A DNA stretch of 64,000 nucleotides from the human T2T-CHM13v2.0 reference genome, Homo sapiens, in the NCBI RefSeq assembly GCF_009914755.1, contig NC_060937.1; one strand, 5' to 3'. Below, one piece after another: positions 53,991 to 64,000 of this stretch. The notes beneath the pieces are model-generated. The model was not told the DNA's origin. It ran no database searches and worked only from the letters and a program-made list of their open reading frames with translations. The position numbers were made by a program, and so were the translations under genes. Each line of letters starts with the position of its first letter. The stretch's first letter is position 1.

Positions 53991-55511
53991 ACAAAGATGC
54001 ATTTTGTTGCCTGCTAAGTCTCCTTAAAATTTGGCACAGCAGGTGTGCTTTGTTATATATTGAAGTCAGTTGCTAGTGAAGGCAGGAGTGTTAAAGGAAA
54101 GTTTAGGTTATATCTAGAAATAGCATTGCTGCAGTCTGCAAAATCCTACTGACATGAAATTCTCATTTAAGTACATGAATATTGGGAATCTGGGGCATAC
54201 ATAAATAAAGAATTCACCTGATACATTTCAAAAACTGCCTTCTGAACTATTTAATTAACAACCTATGAAAAATATACTCTTGAGACCTAAGTGGATAATA
54301 GATGTCACCTTTGTTCTATAAAAATGCTTTGCTACCACTAAAACTTAATTTTAAAACGAACAGTCAGCATTTGCAACAAGTTGTCTCTCTGAAAGTTCCA
54401 CCTATCCTGGTTTGACACAAATAATGAAGAAGAGCAACATTTACCCTCATTGCTATGGTGGAAAATTTTATTTATCGTTGGATTTTAAGGTGTAGTGTTG
54501 TCTCTAGAGTATGAAGATTGACAGGGCAGATGGTCTTTATTGTTCCTAAAGGTCTCTTTAGTAAATGACACACTAATTCTTTAGTACTTTCATCTATCTA
54601 CCCTCCCCATGCAATTAAAATTTGGTGACACATTTTTATGGTCACTAAACGGGCATAAATTAACATTAATTAGGGATATTGTAAGGTAATTCCCTAATCG
54701 AGAAGTTACATGCAGATGGGAGGAGCGCAAGGACTGCTAATAAAGTTCTCTAAATCACCTCTAACACTTCTAAAAGCAAAGAGGTTATCTTTTGTCTTTA
54801 TAGGTTAGATTTTGCAGTAAAAAGGTAAGGTTGGATTTTATTGCTAATCTTATGCTTTTAGACATTTATAATCTGTTCCCCCACTCCACCTTTGAGCCTG
54901 AGACACACACATCTTCAGTTAAGAACAGAGGCTCTTTGAATTAATTAATTCATTCATTAATCAATAGCAGACATGCCTTCTAGGCTTGCATTTCAGGTGC
55001 CAAAGTCGAAGGATTCTTATACTGGGCATAATGGCTTCAACAAGCCATTAGGTGAAAACCACAATGAGGCATTTAAAAAGGCTTTGCAGTTAGATCAGAG
55101 GCTAGCTGTCATCCTTAGAAATCTCCCCACTCCCAATATCCATGGGATCATTTTAAATTGCTGGCTGCTCTCATATGGACAAGAATTCTTTCCAACTTTT
55201 GACATTTGTGTGGGCTTAGGAAACGAAAATGGATTTTGACCTAACAAATACTCATTCTATGCACTGATATTAGCAGAGAGAAAATAACATTAAATCAGAT
55301 GTTTACATTCCCATATATAAGCCAAGATATAAGATGGGGAAGCCTTTCAGGTACAGTAAAAAAGATAGTGTATGGAAGGTCCTACAGAGCGCATTATACT
55401 GATGCGTTCCAGTGCCCATCCAGTCACTATGTGACTCAGTTTCCAAATTGATAAAAGTATCACTGAATTATGTAATAGAAGGCAGTAATATCATTTCTGA
55501 ACAAAATACTA

Positions 55512-55630
55512 TATTCATTTAACATAAATTTATTGAGCACTTACAGGGTGTCAAATTGCTGTTCTTGGTACTCTACCGATAGCAAGGAAGAGGACAACAG
55601 GCATTTTCTAACAGGGTTAACATTAGAGCT
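55512..55630 (-). mobile_element. L2 3' fragment
   Basis: 'ttcatttaacataaatttattgagcacttacagggtgtca...ctgttct'. Confidence 0.65.
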
Positions 55631-57994
55631 GTGCCTAGTACATGCGAGAGAATAACAGCCCTCATCTGACTCATCTGCTCATGTCCCTATGCCCACATGT
55701 TCCCCTTCAGTGGAAAGATTAGCACTCAGGAGTACTTAAATACTGTTTTCTCAAATCTTTCCTTTTCAAAGCTATGCAAATTATGTAAGTATAGAGTTTT
55801 ACAAACTGGAGGGGTGATCGATGTGGGTGCCCAATTCTTTCCAAAAATTTAGTCTAGTCTTATCCCTTCATGGGTCATTTTTCTTACCTCAGCGAGTAGG
55901 AAAGAGATTAAATACATTTTCTCGGCTTCTACCTCCTTGAGTCTGAATAATAAGTAAATCCCTGATTTTAAGCAGTGAATTGGGAATATTTAACGTGTGT
56001 CCATTCCTTAGACATCCCTGATCTTGTGTCAAAAAACATTTTGCATTAGTTAGTAGTCTTATGTAAATTCTAAATGCTGATTTCAAGGTTTGTCCCTCAA
56101 AAAGAAGTTCTTATACATAAAAGGAGCCTCTGTGCTTTTAAATCTTTCATTCTGTCCACTTTTCAAATCATCTTGCTTTGTGGCGCTCTTGTAACTCTTT
56201 GATATGATTTTCATCACTTGTAACCTTTATACTTTTTAAAATTTTGTGCATGATGCTTAGTTCTTACCTTGTCAACAAGAAGCAGCAGTACTGGTTTCTG
56301 CTGCCGAATATTTCATATTAAAATTCACAATATTTAATGTTTTTTAGAAAAGAAATTGGCACAACATCTCTATGGTGCATCTGCTGGGTATGGCTGTCAG
56401 TTATTATAATAGGGTTTCTAACAAATGACATCTCAAAGCCTTGACTTTCAAAGCCCTTATGCAGAGTGTCAATCATTTACTTTCTGCCTTTTCAAATGAG
56501 CCTTCTTCCAAGAGCACCTTTAAGGTGTGTGTGCCCTGACTTTTCATCGAAAATTCTTTCTGTCCTTATTTTATCTTGTGGAAAATCTTTCCTGTAATGA
56601 AAATGTGAAAGGACAGAAATGACCAATTTTGAGTAATAATGAAGCATTTTTAACAATAATGTCTAGAATCCTTTGTTATTTATTCCTATCATGATTGCTT
56701 GTCATCTCCCTTTTTATTCTCTGCTATCTCTTCCATATGTAATTCTTTGTTAATATTCTGTAAAGTTTGGATAATTATTGGTTTTTGTCTTAATATTTTT
56801 GGTCTGTTATTACTGATTTACATGAGAGCCTGTATCAAATTGAGCAACTTTCAGCTTTGAAGTTAAACATGGAAGCACACATATAAAAAACAGAAATAAA
56901 CAGAAGTTCTCCATGTATCTTCTTACTTAGCAATGCTGAAAAAATGTTCGGTTCACAGGGTTTCTGAAACAAACTAGAGAATCATCAGCCATAATCATTT
57001 ACAGCCATTCTAACAAGACATGTTAGTGATGGCTATTGGGGACTAGACTTTGATTGGGAAAGTAGGTATTAATTTTAGAACAATATTTCTGGAGATAAAT
57101 CAACTAGTTACCTAACAAAAGAAGCATGTTATATTAAAAAACAAGCTACCATGATTTTACTATAAGTCCCTATCCATTTATTGACTAATATTGAACAAAC
57201 ATTTTTCACTTCAAATAATAAAAAGTAATTTATATGAGAACTTTGAGTCCCCAAAAAGTGACTAATTTTGAAATAAAAAATATATTATCTCCCAATTGCA
57301 TGCCTACTCTGTGCTCAGTGTTAAAAATATGTGACTTCTTTTCTTACAGCTTAGCAGAGCTACAGATTTAAATAGAAATTATGTTAAACACGGAATACTG
57401 TTATTAATTGTTTTCCTTGTATCATTTTCTTTACTGGAGGTGAATTGAAGGTGGCATGGACATTTCAGACATAAAGATAAAATGGTTTACCTAGTAACAC
57501 AGAACTAACAGTCATTCCCTGCAAATGTACCATCTCATCTTATTGTCCCTAAGAGGTGCACATCTGGGCTCCCACGTACTCTTCATTAAATATGTAATCT
57601 TATTCACTCACTAGGCAGTAAACTTATTGGCCTCATCATCTTTCATATTGCCTGGCTCTCAGTAGATACTGGATAATAAGCAAAAATAATAAACTAAAAC
57701 AAACTATTCTATAATCACTAAATTTAACTTAAAAATATTGGTGTATATTTCTGAATTACCTGTGTTTGGCTAAGATCCAAATCAGAAGTGTCAGATTCCC
57801 ACAAGAAACTGTTCTTTACTTATAAAAGTATTAACAAAAAACTGAAAGAGGAAGGCTTTGGCCAAACATTATGGACTCAAAAGTTTCAAATACAATTGGA
57901 AAACACTTTTTGGCCTCTTATCTAAACTAGCCTTATAAACCTCATGAGGTTTCACTAACATTATTCGTTTCCCTTGGTGACAGGCAGCCCAGTA

Positions 57995-58025
57995 TAAGGT
58001 TGGTGAAAAAGTAATTGCAGTTTTG
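57995..58025 (+). mobile_element. Solo Hsmar1 TIR / half MADE1
   Basis: taaggttggtgaaaaagtaattgcagttttg versus MADE1 ttaggttggtgcaaaagtaattgcggttttt; preceded by TA. Confidence 0.8.
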
Positions 58026-59189
58026 GGAAGCACTAACTATGCTTTTAGCATGTATTAAAAAAACATTTTATTTGTAGATATTTCTGAGAGAGCACAAGAG
58101 AGTGAGAGAACAGAAAACAGAATAGAAAGAACTGGGTATCTCTTGCCAGAATCTGACAGCTTGAACTTTATGAAAGATTAAAAGGGAAAAAGAAAAGAAT
58201 ATAGCCACGGATACTTCCATTTATGATGTGAAAAAAAATCTTTTTCATCCTAAAAAATCTGCCCTAGAAATGAGTACAAAACTCCCTTAATTTAACGGAG
58301 AAGGTAACTTAATTATGCAAATCAACAGGAGATTGACCCTGCTGTGAATTTTTAATAATATACTAATTGCCTGATAAGGAAATCGAATTAGACTTTAGTG
58401 GTAAATTTTTATCTGAGTGTGCTGGGAATTGTAGCATCAACTCTGTTTTACAATAATGATCCTGGAGCTGATGTTTTGTTTGTCAGATGAAAATACTGGT
58501 CTATCTTTTGGCATGTGTTGTCTTGATTAAGTATTGACTTTTAAAATTTCACTAAGTCCATCTCAGCTCTTTTCTAATGATCTCTAAAATGAATCCCAGT
58601 TGTCTTACCTGCTTGTTTACAAGACTGCAGAACAGTGACAATTGGTTAACCATGAAAGCCGAGTAAGGATGCCTTTTTCCCTTAAGCATTAGTAAGTAAA
58701 AAATTTGTTCTTATATAGTCAGATCGGCACACAGCAAAAGAGATCATTTGCCTAGTGGGTTTTTGTTATAAAAGAACTACTTGGAACTTTGAAGAACTTT
58801 TTCAGGGTACAACTCTCTTCTCAGCCATGTTAACATAAAATGTGATTTTTTTTTCTCTACTCTTCCTTCACTTCAAGAATCTTAGAGAGCAGATCAAAAT
58901 AATTTCAAAAAGAACACATTGACTTCTTTAATAACAAGATTTTTTTCGTGTAAAATCAAAACAGTAAGTGGAGGGAAAAACATAAATCTAGATTTATAAC
59001 AGGCAAATTTTCCAGGAGACTTATTATTAAAATATATTGGAGAGCAGGTGGAGGTAGATAATTTTCTTTTGCTGAATTACTCTCACTTCACCATGCCTAT
59101 TTTCTTTTTTTTTAAAAAAAGAAAAAAGAGGTCTTCCATGTTTAGAAAATGGCTAGGCACTGGAAGGAGCAAATTTTACAAAGTAATTT

Positions 59190-59750
59190 GTCATTAGTTA
59201 ACAAACATTTTTTGCTATCTACTTAGGGGAAATGTACAATATTAAGCATTAGAGTTGAAAGTAGAATTATATAGGGGAAAGGAGAGAGAGATATTTGCTG
59301 TAGTCTTGGAAATTAGGATTGGCAGAAAAAGGCAAATTCCTATACATAAGCAAATAAACAGTAACAAACCGGCAGAGTATTATAAAGCAGATATATAGGT
59401 AACATGGGAGTTTATGATGGGGGCTTAACTAAGTCTAACAGTTCACACTTCCAAAGGAAATTAGAAAAAAAAAATTCAGACCTGAAGGCTCTGTAAGATC
59501 TTTAGATATTTGCTAGATTAAGAATAGGAGGGGAGATATTCTAGTTTAGGGAGCAGGATGTGTTAAAGCTCTGTAGAAGCTAGCACAACATGCAAAGTTC
59601 TAGGTGCCTAGAATACATGTGCAAGAATGACTGTCAAAATATGAGGCTACGAGAGACCAGAGAAGCTAGATCACACATGACCTGTAGTCACATAATATAT
59701 GTTTAAGAATGTCTTGCTATCACTAAAAAATGGTATTTCAATTTCAGAAA
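59190..59750 (-). mobile_element. L2 fragment
   Basis: 'ttaacaaacatttttt gctatctact', 'agacctgaagg', 'ggagcaggatgtgttaaagc', 'atgaggct...ctagatcacac'. Confidence 0.6.
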
Positions 59751-59774
59751 ACACCCTTCAGCATTTATATTTGA

Positions 59775-60262
59775 AAATTATTTTATTCTGGTAAGAATGC
59801 CTAACATGAGGACTATGCTGTTGACAAATATTTTGGTGTACAACCAAATACAACAATATTCGACAGTATTGTTGACCATACTGCTGACAATGTTGTATTG
59901 CAGATCGCTAGGTTTTATTCATCTTGTTTAACTTAAACTTTATCCCCTTTGGTTAGTAACTTCTCATTTCCCCCTTCACTAGGCCCTGTCAATCACCATT
60001 CCATTCTTTGATTCTATGAATTTGACTATTTTAGATACCTAATTTAAGTGAAATCATGCAGTATTTGTCATTTTGTGACTGGCTTATTTCACTTAGCATG
60101 AGGTCCTCAAGGCTCATCTATGTTGCCCCGTATGGCAGAATTTCTTTCTAAGTCTGAATAATATTTCATTGTATGTATACATCACATTTGCTTTATGCAC
60201 TCATCTGTTTATAGATATTTAGGTTGTTTCCACGTCTTGGATATTGTGAACAGTGCTGCAAA
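59775..60262 (-). mobile_element. L1MA9/L1MB-like 3' end
   Basis: 'ggtaagaatgcctaacatgag...cagatcgctag...atcatgcagtatttgtc...gactggcttatttcacttagcat...ttgtgaacagtgctgca'. Confidence 0.88.
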
Positions 60263-60494
60263 ATAAATTGAATAATAAAATTTTTATATCAATCATTCTT
60301 ACTCTCTAGAGCTATATGTTTTTCAGAATATCTGCTGAAAATATAAAAGGCTAGGGGGCTGCTAAACATTAAAGCCCATAATTTTCATACTCCTTCCTTG
60401 TCTTGGATCATTACGAGAAAATATTTTTCTCTTGCAACTGATGTCTTTATTCAATTCATCTGACACTTTTGAAGTATTCCAAAGACTATTACTC

Positions 60495-60610
60495 TAGGAA
60501 CTATGGAGTTGGGGCAGGGTGCATACTCTCCTTGAGGCCCAGTGTCTTTATCTGCAAGAAATGCAACATAATACCTTCCTTTCAGAGTTAATATGAGGCT
60601 TGTCAATAGG
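60495..60610 (+). mobile_element. MIR fragment
   Basis: 'tgaggcccagtgtctttatctgcaagaaatg...ataataccttcctttcagagtt...tgagg'. Confidence 0.6.
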
Positions 60611-60619
60611 TTGCATAAT

Positions 60620-60830
60620 GATTAACACTTTCTATGTATGGAAAATACTGTTCCAAATGCTACCCATGTGAGATTAGCTTCTTGTATCCCTACAACAACA
60701 CTATGATATAGGAGTTACTAACCCTCTATTACAGATGAGCAAACTGAAAGAGAGAGCCTACATAAATTGCTCCAGATTATAAAGCTAAAAAATTGTAGTG
60801 CTGGGACTTGAACCACCTTACTCTACTGTC
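60620..60830 (-). mobile_element. MIR SINE
   Basis: 'cctacaacaacactatgatatagg...attacagatgagcaaactga...gctgggacttgaacc'. Confidence 0.8.
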
Positions 60831-61659
60831 ACTAGCACATAGAAGAATAATAACAACTAAAATAGCATAGATAATATACTGTTTCTCATTCAAGATATTC
60901 AATATCTACACAGTTTGTGCATTTTTGTTAATACTAATGTATTTTAAATAAACCATCTATTTATTGGATAATCAGACATTTTAACATATTCATCTCTTGA
61001 GACTAGTGAGCAAATAAAATTAAGCACCAAATCTTTCAATGATTGGATAATGTCAGAGTGTTAGGGTGCTATATTTAATGGTTCAGGGTAGAGGAAAAAT
61101 CAGGTCCCCAGCTTCTCAGAGGAAGGAAAATTGTGAATGTTGGAAATTAAATGGAAAAATGTGAATACTATGTTAGAGTTCTATTATTAATGATACTAAA
61201 CAATCATTTTTTTTATGTACACAGAAAAAACAAGCGAATGAAAACATTAAGGTCTTAGGGTTCCTATGAAGATCAAGTGAATTAATAAATACACATAAAG
61301 CAGTACATGAAATAGAGTGCTCAGTGATGTTACCTGCTATTACTATACTTTATGACGCTGAATTTCATCCATCTTTTTGAAAACAGAATTTTTAATTATT
61401 ATGGGCATTAAAACAAATTGGTTTTTGTTTTTGCCTACTCTACTAGCCTATGCTCATGAAAAATCAAGAAACAACAAATGAAATTTTGCTGTAAGAAAAT
61501 GGGGGTTATTGAAAGATGCCAAATCATGGTCTTGTCAGAGAAAATGGCCAATTATTGCATGAACCAGGCATACCCTGTACTGGGTAGAAAATTTGCAATT
61601 AAAGAAAAACTCAAAAAGCATAAATCTTAAGATTTTCACTTAAATAGAATTTTAAAAAG

Positions 61660-62420
61660 CTTAAATCAAGAAGGGCTTGGAAAAAGGAAATGAGAGATGA
61701 CAACAACAAAACTTTGGAAGCTAGAAACAAAGCCAGTCAGTTTGGGTAAGTGGAAGATGGGGTAGGAAGCAGGGGAGACTTAAAAGCAAGCTGGTTCACA
61801 CTGCTAAATGCCAGAAAACATAAGAATCAGAAGCACCAGTGATTTTTAAAAGGGAGGGTGCAGAGGACTGAAAACAGAGCTGTTTGGAACTCAATCTTAG
61901 AGGCACTTGATGTGCTTTACTGTTTATTGAGACAAGATTTACGCCTATGTCTGAGAGTTTGGGGATTAATATGAAAAAATAATTACATGCAATAATGAAA
62001 AAATTTGTACCTCCAACGCAAGCAGAATATTATTTTAAAAGGCAGCAGTAAATACTAGCACTGATATTATAAACACAGATATAAGTATATTGAAGGATAA
62101 ACTATAGACATTTGTATATGGAGAAGAGGAAGGGAAAAATGGCAAAGTCATCATATTCCATAGTAGGAAGTCAATAGATAATACCTAAAATGGAAACGAT
62201 GAGAAACAACTCAAAAAACATGTTATTTAGAAACATAAAAGTAGATGCCAGAAGAAACAGCCAAAGGAGCTGAAAGTGGTTACACTTGGGGAATGTAGAT
62301 CATCTTGGGAACAGAAAGAGAAGGAACTGCTACATTTTATTGTAAAATACATGTATTGCTTTTGACTTCCTAAAACCATGGATGAATGTCATTGATAAAT
62401 ACAAAAATTATATTAAAAGA
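61660..62420 (+). mobile_element. Ancient L1M fragments (5'-region piece plus L1ME-like 3' end)
   Basis: 'aactttggaagctaga', 'aagcaagctggttcacactg'; 'ccatagtaggaagtcaatagataatacctaaa...aaagtggttacacttgggga'. Confidence 0.5.
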
Positions 62421-63214
62421 AATAAAAAATACCCTTGCATTGTAGGAGTAAAAGTTTCTACAACAAAGTAAAGTTAAAAGAGGTGTTAGCAAGTATTAAA
62501 AAATTAAGGTCAAATAAATAGGCTTGTAATGGTAGGAAGCATTGGGGAGTGCAGGCATATGTTAGAGGGCAGAAAGGAGGAAAATAGGGGAAAAGGGCAT
62601 TTCAACAAAGATATTTAACATATTTCTGCTATTTTACTGCTTTCTGCTTAAAGTAGCTTTAACATACCCTCAGCTCTTGACAACCAGCCCGCTGATATTG
62701 GGGAATGCAATAAAGTAGTCTAGTCCGATGAGTCTGGTCATATATTATATTAAATCCCTTGGCATGTTGAGTTGGTCACAGCTTGTGCAGTTGCTATTTC
62801 CTGTAAAATCATGACAGTGATATATGTCGATATATTTTCAACCATGCCCAAGAGTAAAATTTTTATTGTTTTACAGGACAGATAGCTTATCATATAATCA
62901 GAGACTTGGAAGGGACATTAGAGATTATCTATTTCTACCCTTTGTTAGAGTCTTGCATTTCTTGCACAATATCCCTATTTGGAGAAGAATGCTTCCACAC
63001 ATCTTAAACATGTTCTCCCAACGAGTGTGTAAGGACATCCTGGGCCAAGTTTGCTCAGGATTGAAGGGAATGTGAACAACATGATCAATTACTCGAAGAC
63101 AGTGCTTTGGTCCTTCTTGAAAAGATTGACCATTAAATGATAAGTGTGGGTGAAAAGATAAACCACGAGTAATATCTAATAACCCAAAGCACACCTGAGA
63201 ATGCTTATTCTGTT

Positions 63215-63482
63215 TTTACATATTTCTTTTTCCATTCATCTGTTCATAGACACTTATGTTGATTCCATATCTTAGCTGTTGTGAATAGTGCCATGATAAA
63301 TATGGGGGTGCAGTTATCTGTTTGATATACTGATTTCCTTTCTTTCGGATAAATACCCAGTAGCAGGATTGCTGAATCACATGATAGTTCTAATTTTAGC
63401 TTTTTGAGAAAACTCCATACTATTTTCTGTAATGGCTGTACTAATTTACATTTTCATCAATAGCGTATAAGAGTTCCCTTTT
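63215..63482 (-). mobile_element. L1PB/L1MA fragment
   Basis: 'tccattcatctgtt...gttgattccatatcttagctgttgtgaatagtgc...gataaatacccagtagcaggattgctg...agagttcccttttct'. Confidence 0.9.
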
Positions 63483-63489
63483 CTAAGAT

Positions 63490-64000
63490 TTCCATTTTGT
63501 TGCTACTTCAGGTCATATTATCATCTCTCACCAAAGTCACTTATATAGCCTCTTATGCAGCCTCTTTCACAGTTTTTCCTTATTTTCTCTCCTCATCAAT
63601 CAAACATCAGTAGATCTTCCTAAACTATAAACTGATAGTTGGCATGAAAATGATTCTTCGCTTAAAACTCCCCTTTACCATTCTTGAGTAGATTTTGTTA
63701 TGTAGAATAACATTCACCTGATATCCACCATATTTAACGTCTGCCATGTGACATTAGACACATACATGCTTTCTCATATCACCATGTCTTCATGCATTTC
63801 AACACCCTCTGTCTGAATGGACATTACTACCTTATCTGCTTTGGAAACTTCTATCCACACTTTATGTCTTGGCTAAAATATTGCTTTTTTTTCTGGAAGC
63901 CAATGTGGACTATTTCTGAGATATAACTCCTCCTTCCTTTATTATAATACTTATATTGTAACAACAAATATACTTTTCATGTATAGAGTGCTCCTTGGGA
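63490..64000 (+). mobile_element. L2 fragment
   Basis: 'tcatctctcac...atagcctctta', 'gatcttcctaaa', 'cttaaaactc', 'tgtctgaatg', 'tttctggaagc'. Confidence 0.6.

Overview
Non-coding, AT-rich, CpG-poor simian primate (probably human or ape) genomic DNA, shown by AluY/S/J, L1PA and MER51-type elements. About half the window is recognisable interspersed repeat: Alu/FLAM/FRAM, L1PA/L1MA/L1M/HAL1-like, L2, MIR, MaLR and ERVL/ERV1 LTRs, and hAT and Tc1/mariner MITEs, often nested. I find no supportable cellular protein-coding exon, RNA gene or CpG island. Every ORF with recognisable similarity is repeat-derived (L1 ORF2, L1/HAL1 ORF1, antisense Alu). I could not identify the locus, and I do not see a convincing new biological system. 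The best leads are a perfect 21-bp inverted repeat at a deletion junction in an ancient L1 (29677-29735), a CpG-retaining promoter-like MER51 LTR with a 34-bp E-box tandem array (16995-17531), a MYC-like G-quadruplex created inside an AluSc (1954-1972), a solo Hsmar1 TIR, and several repeat-free motif-dense segments that may be enhancers. Subfamily calls come from recalled consensus sequences, and boundaries of old repeats are approximate.
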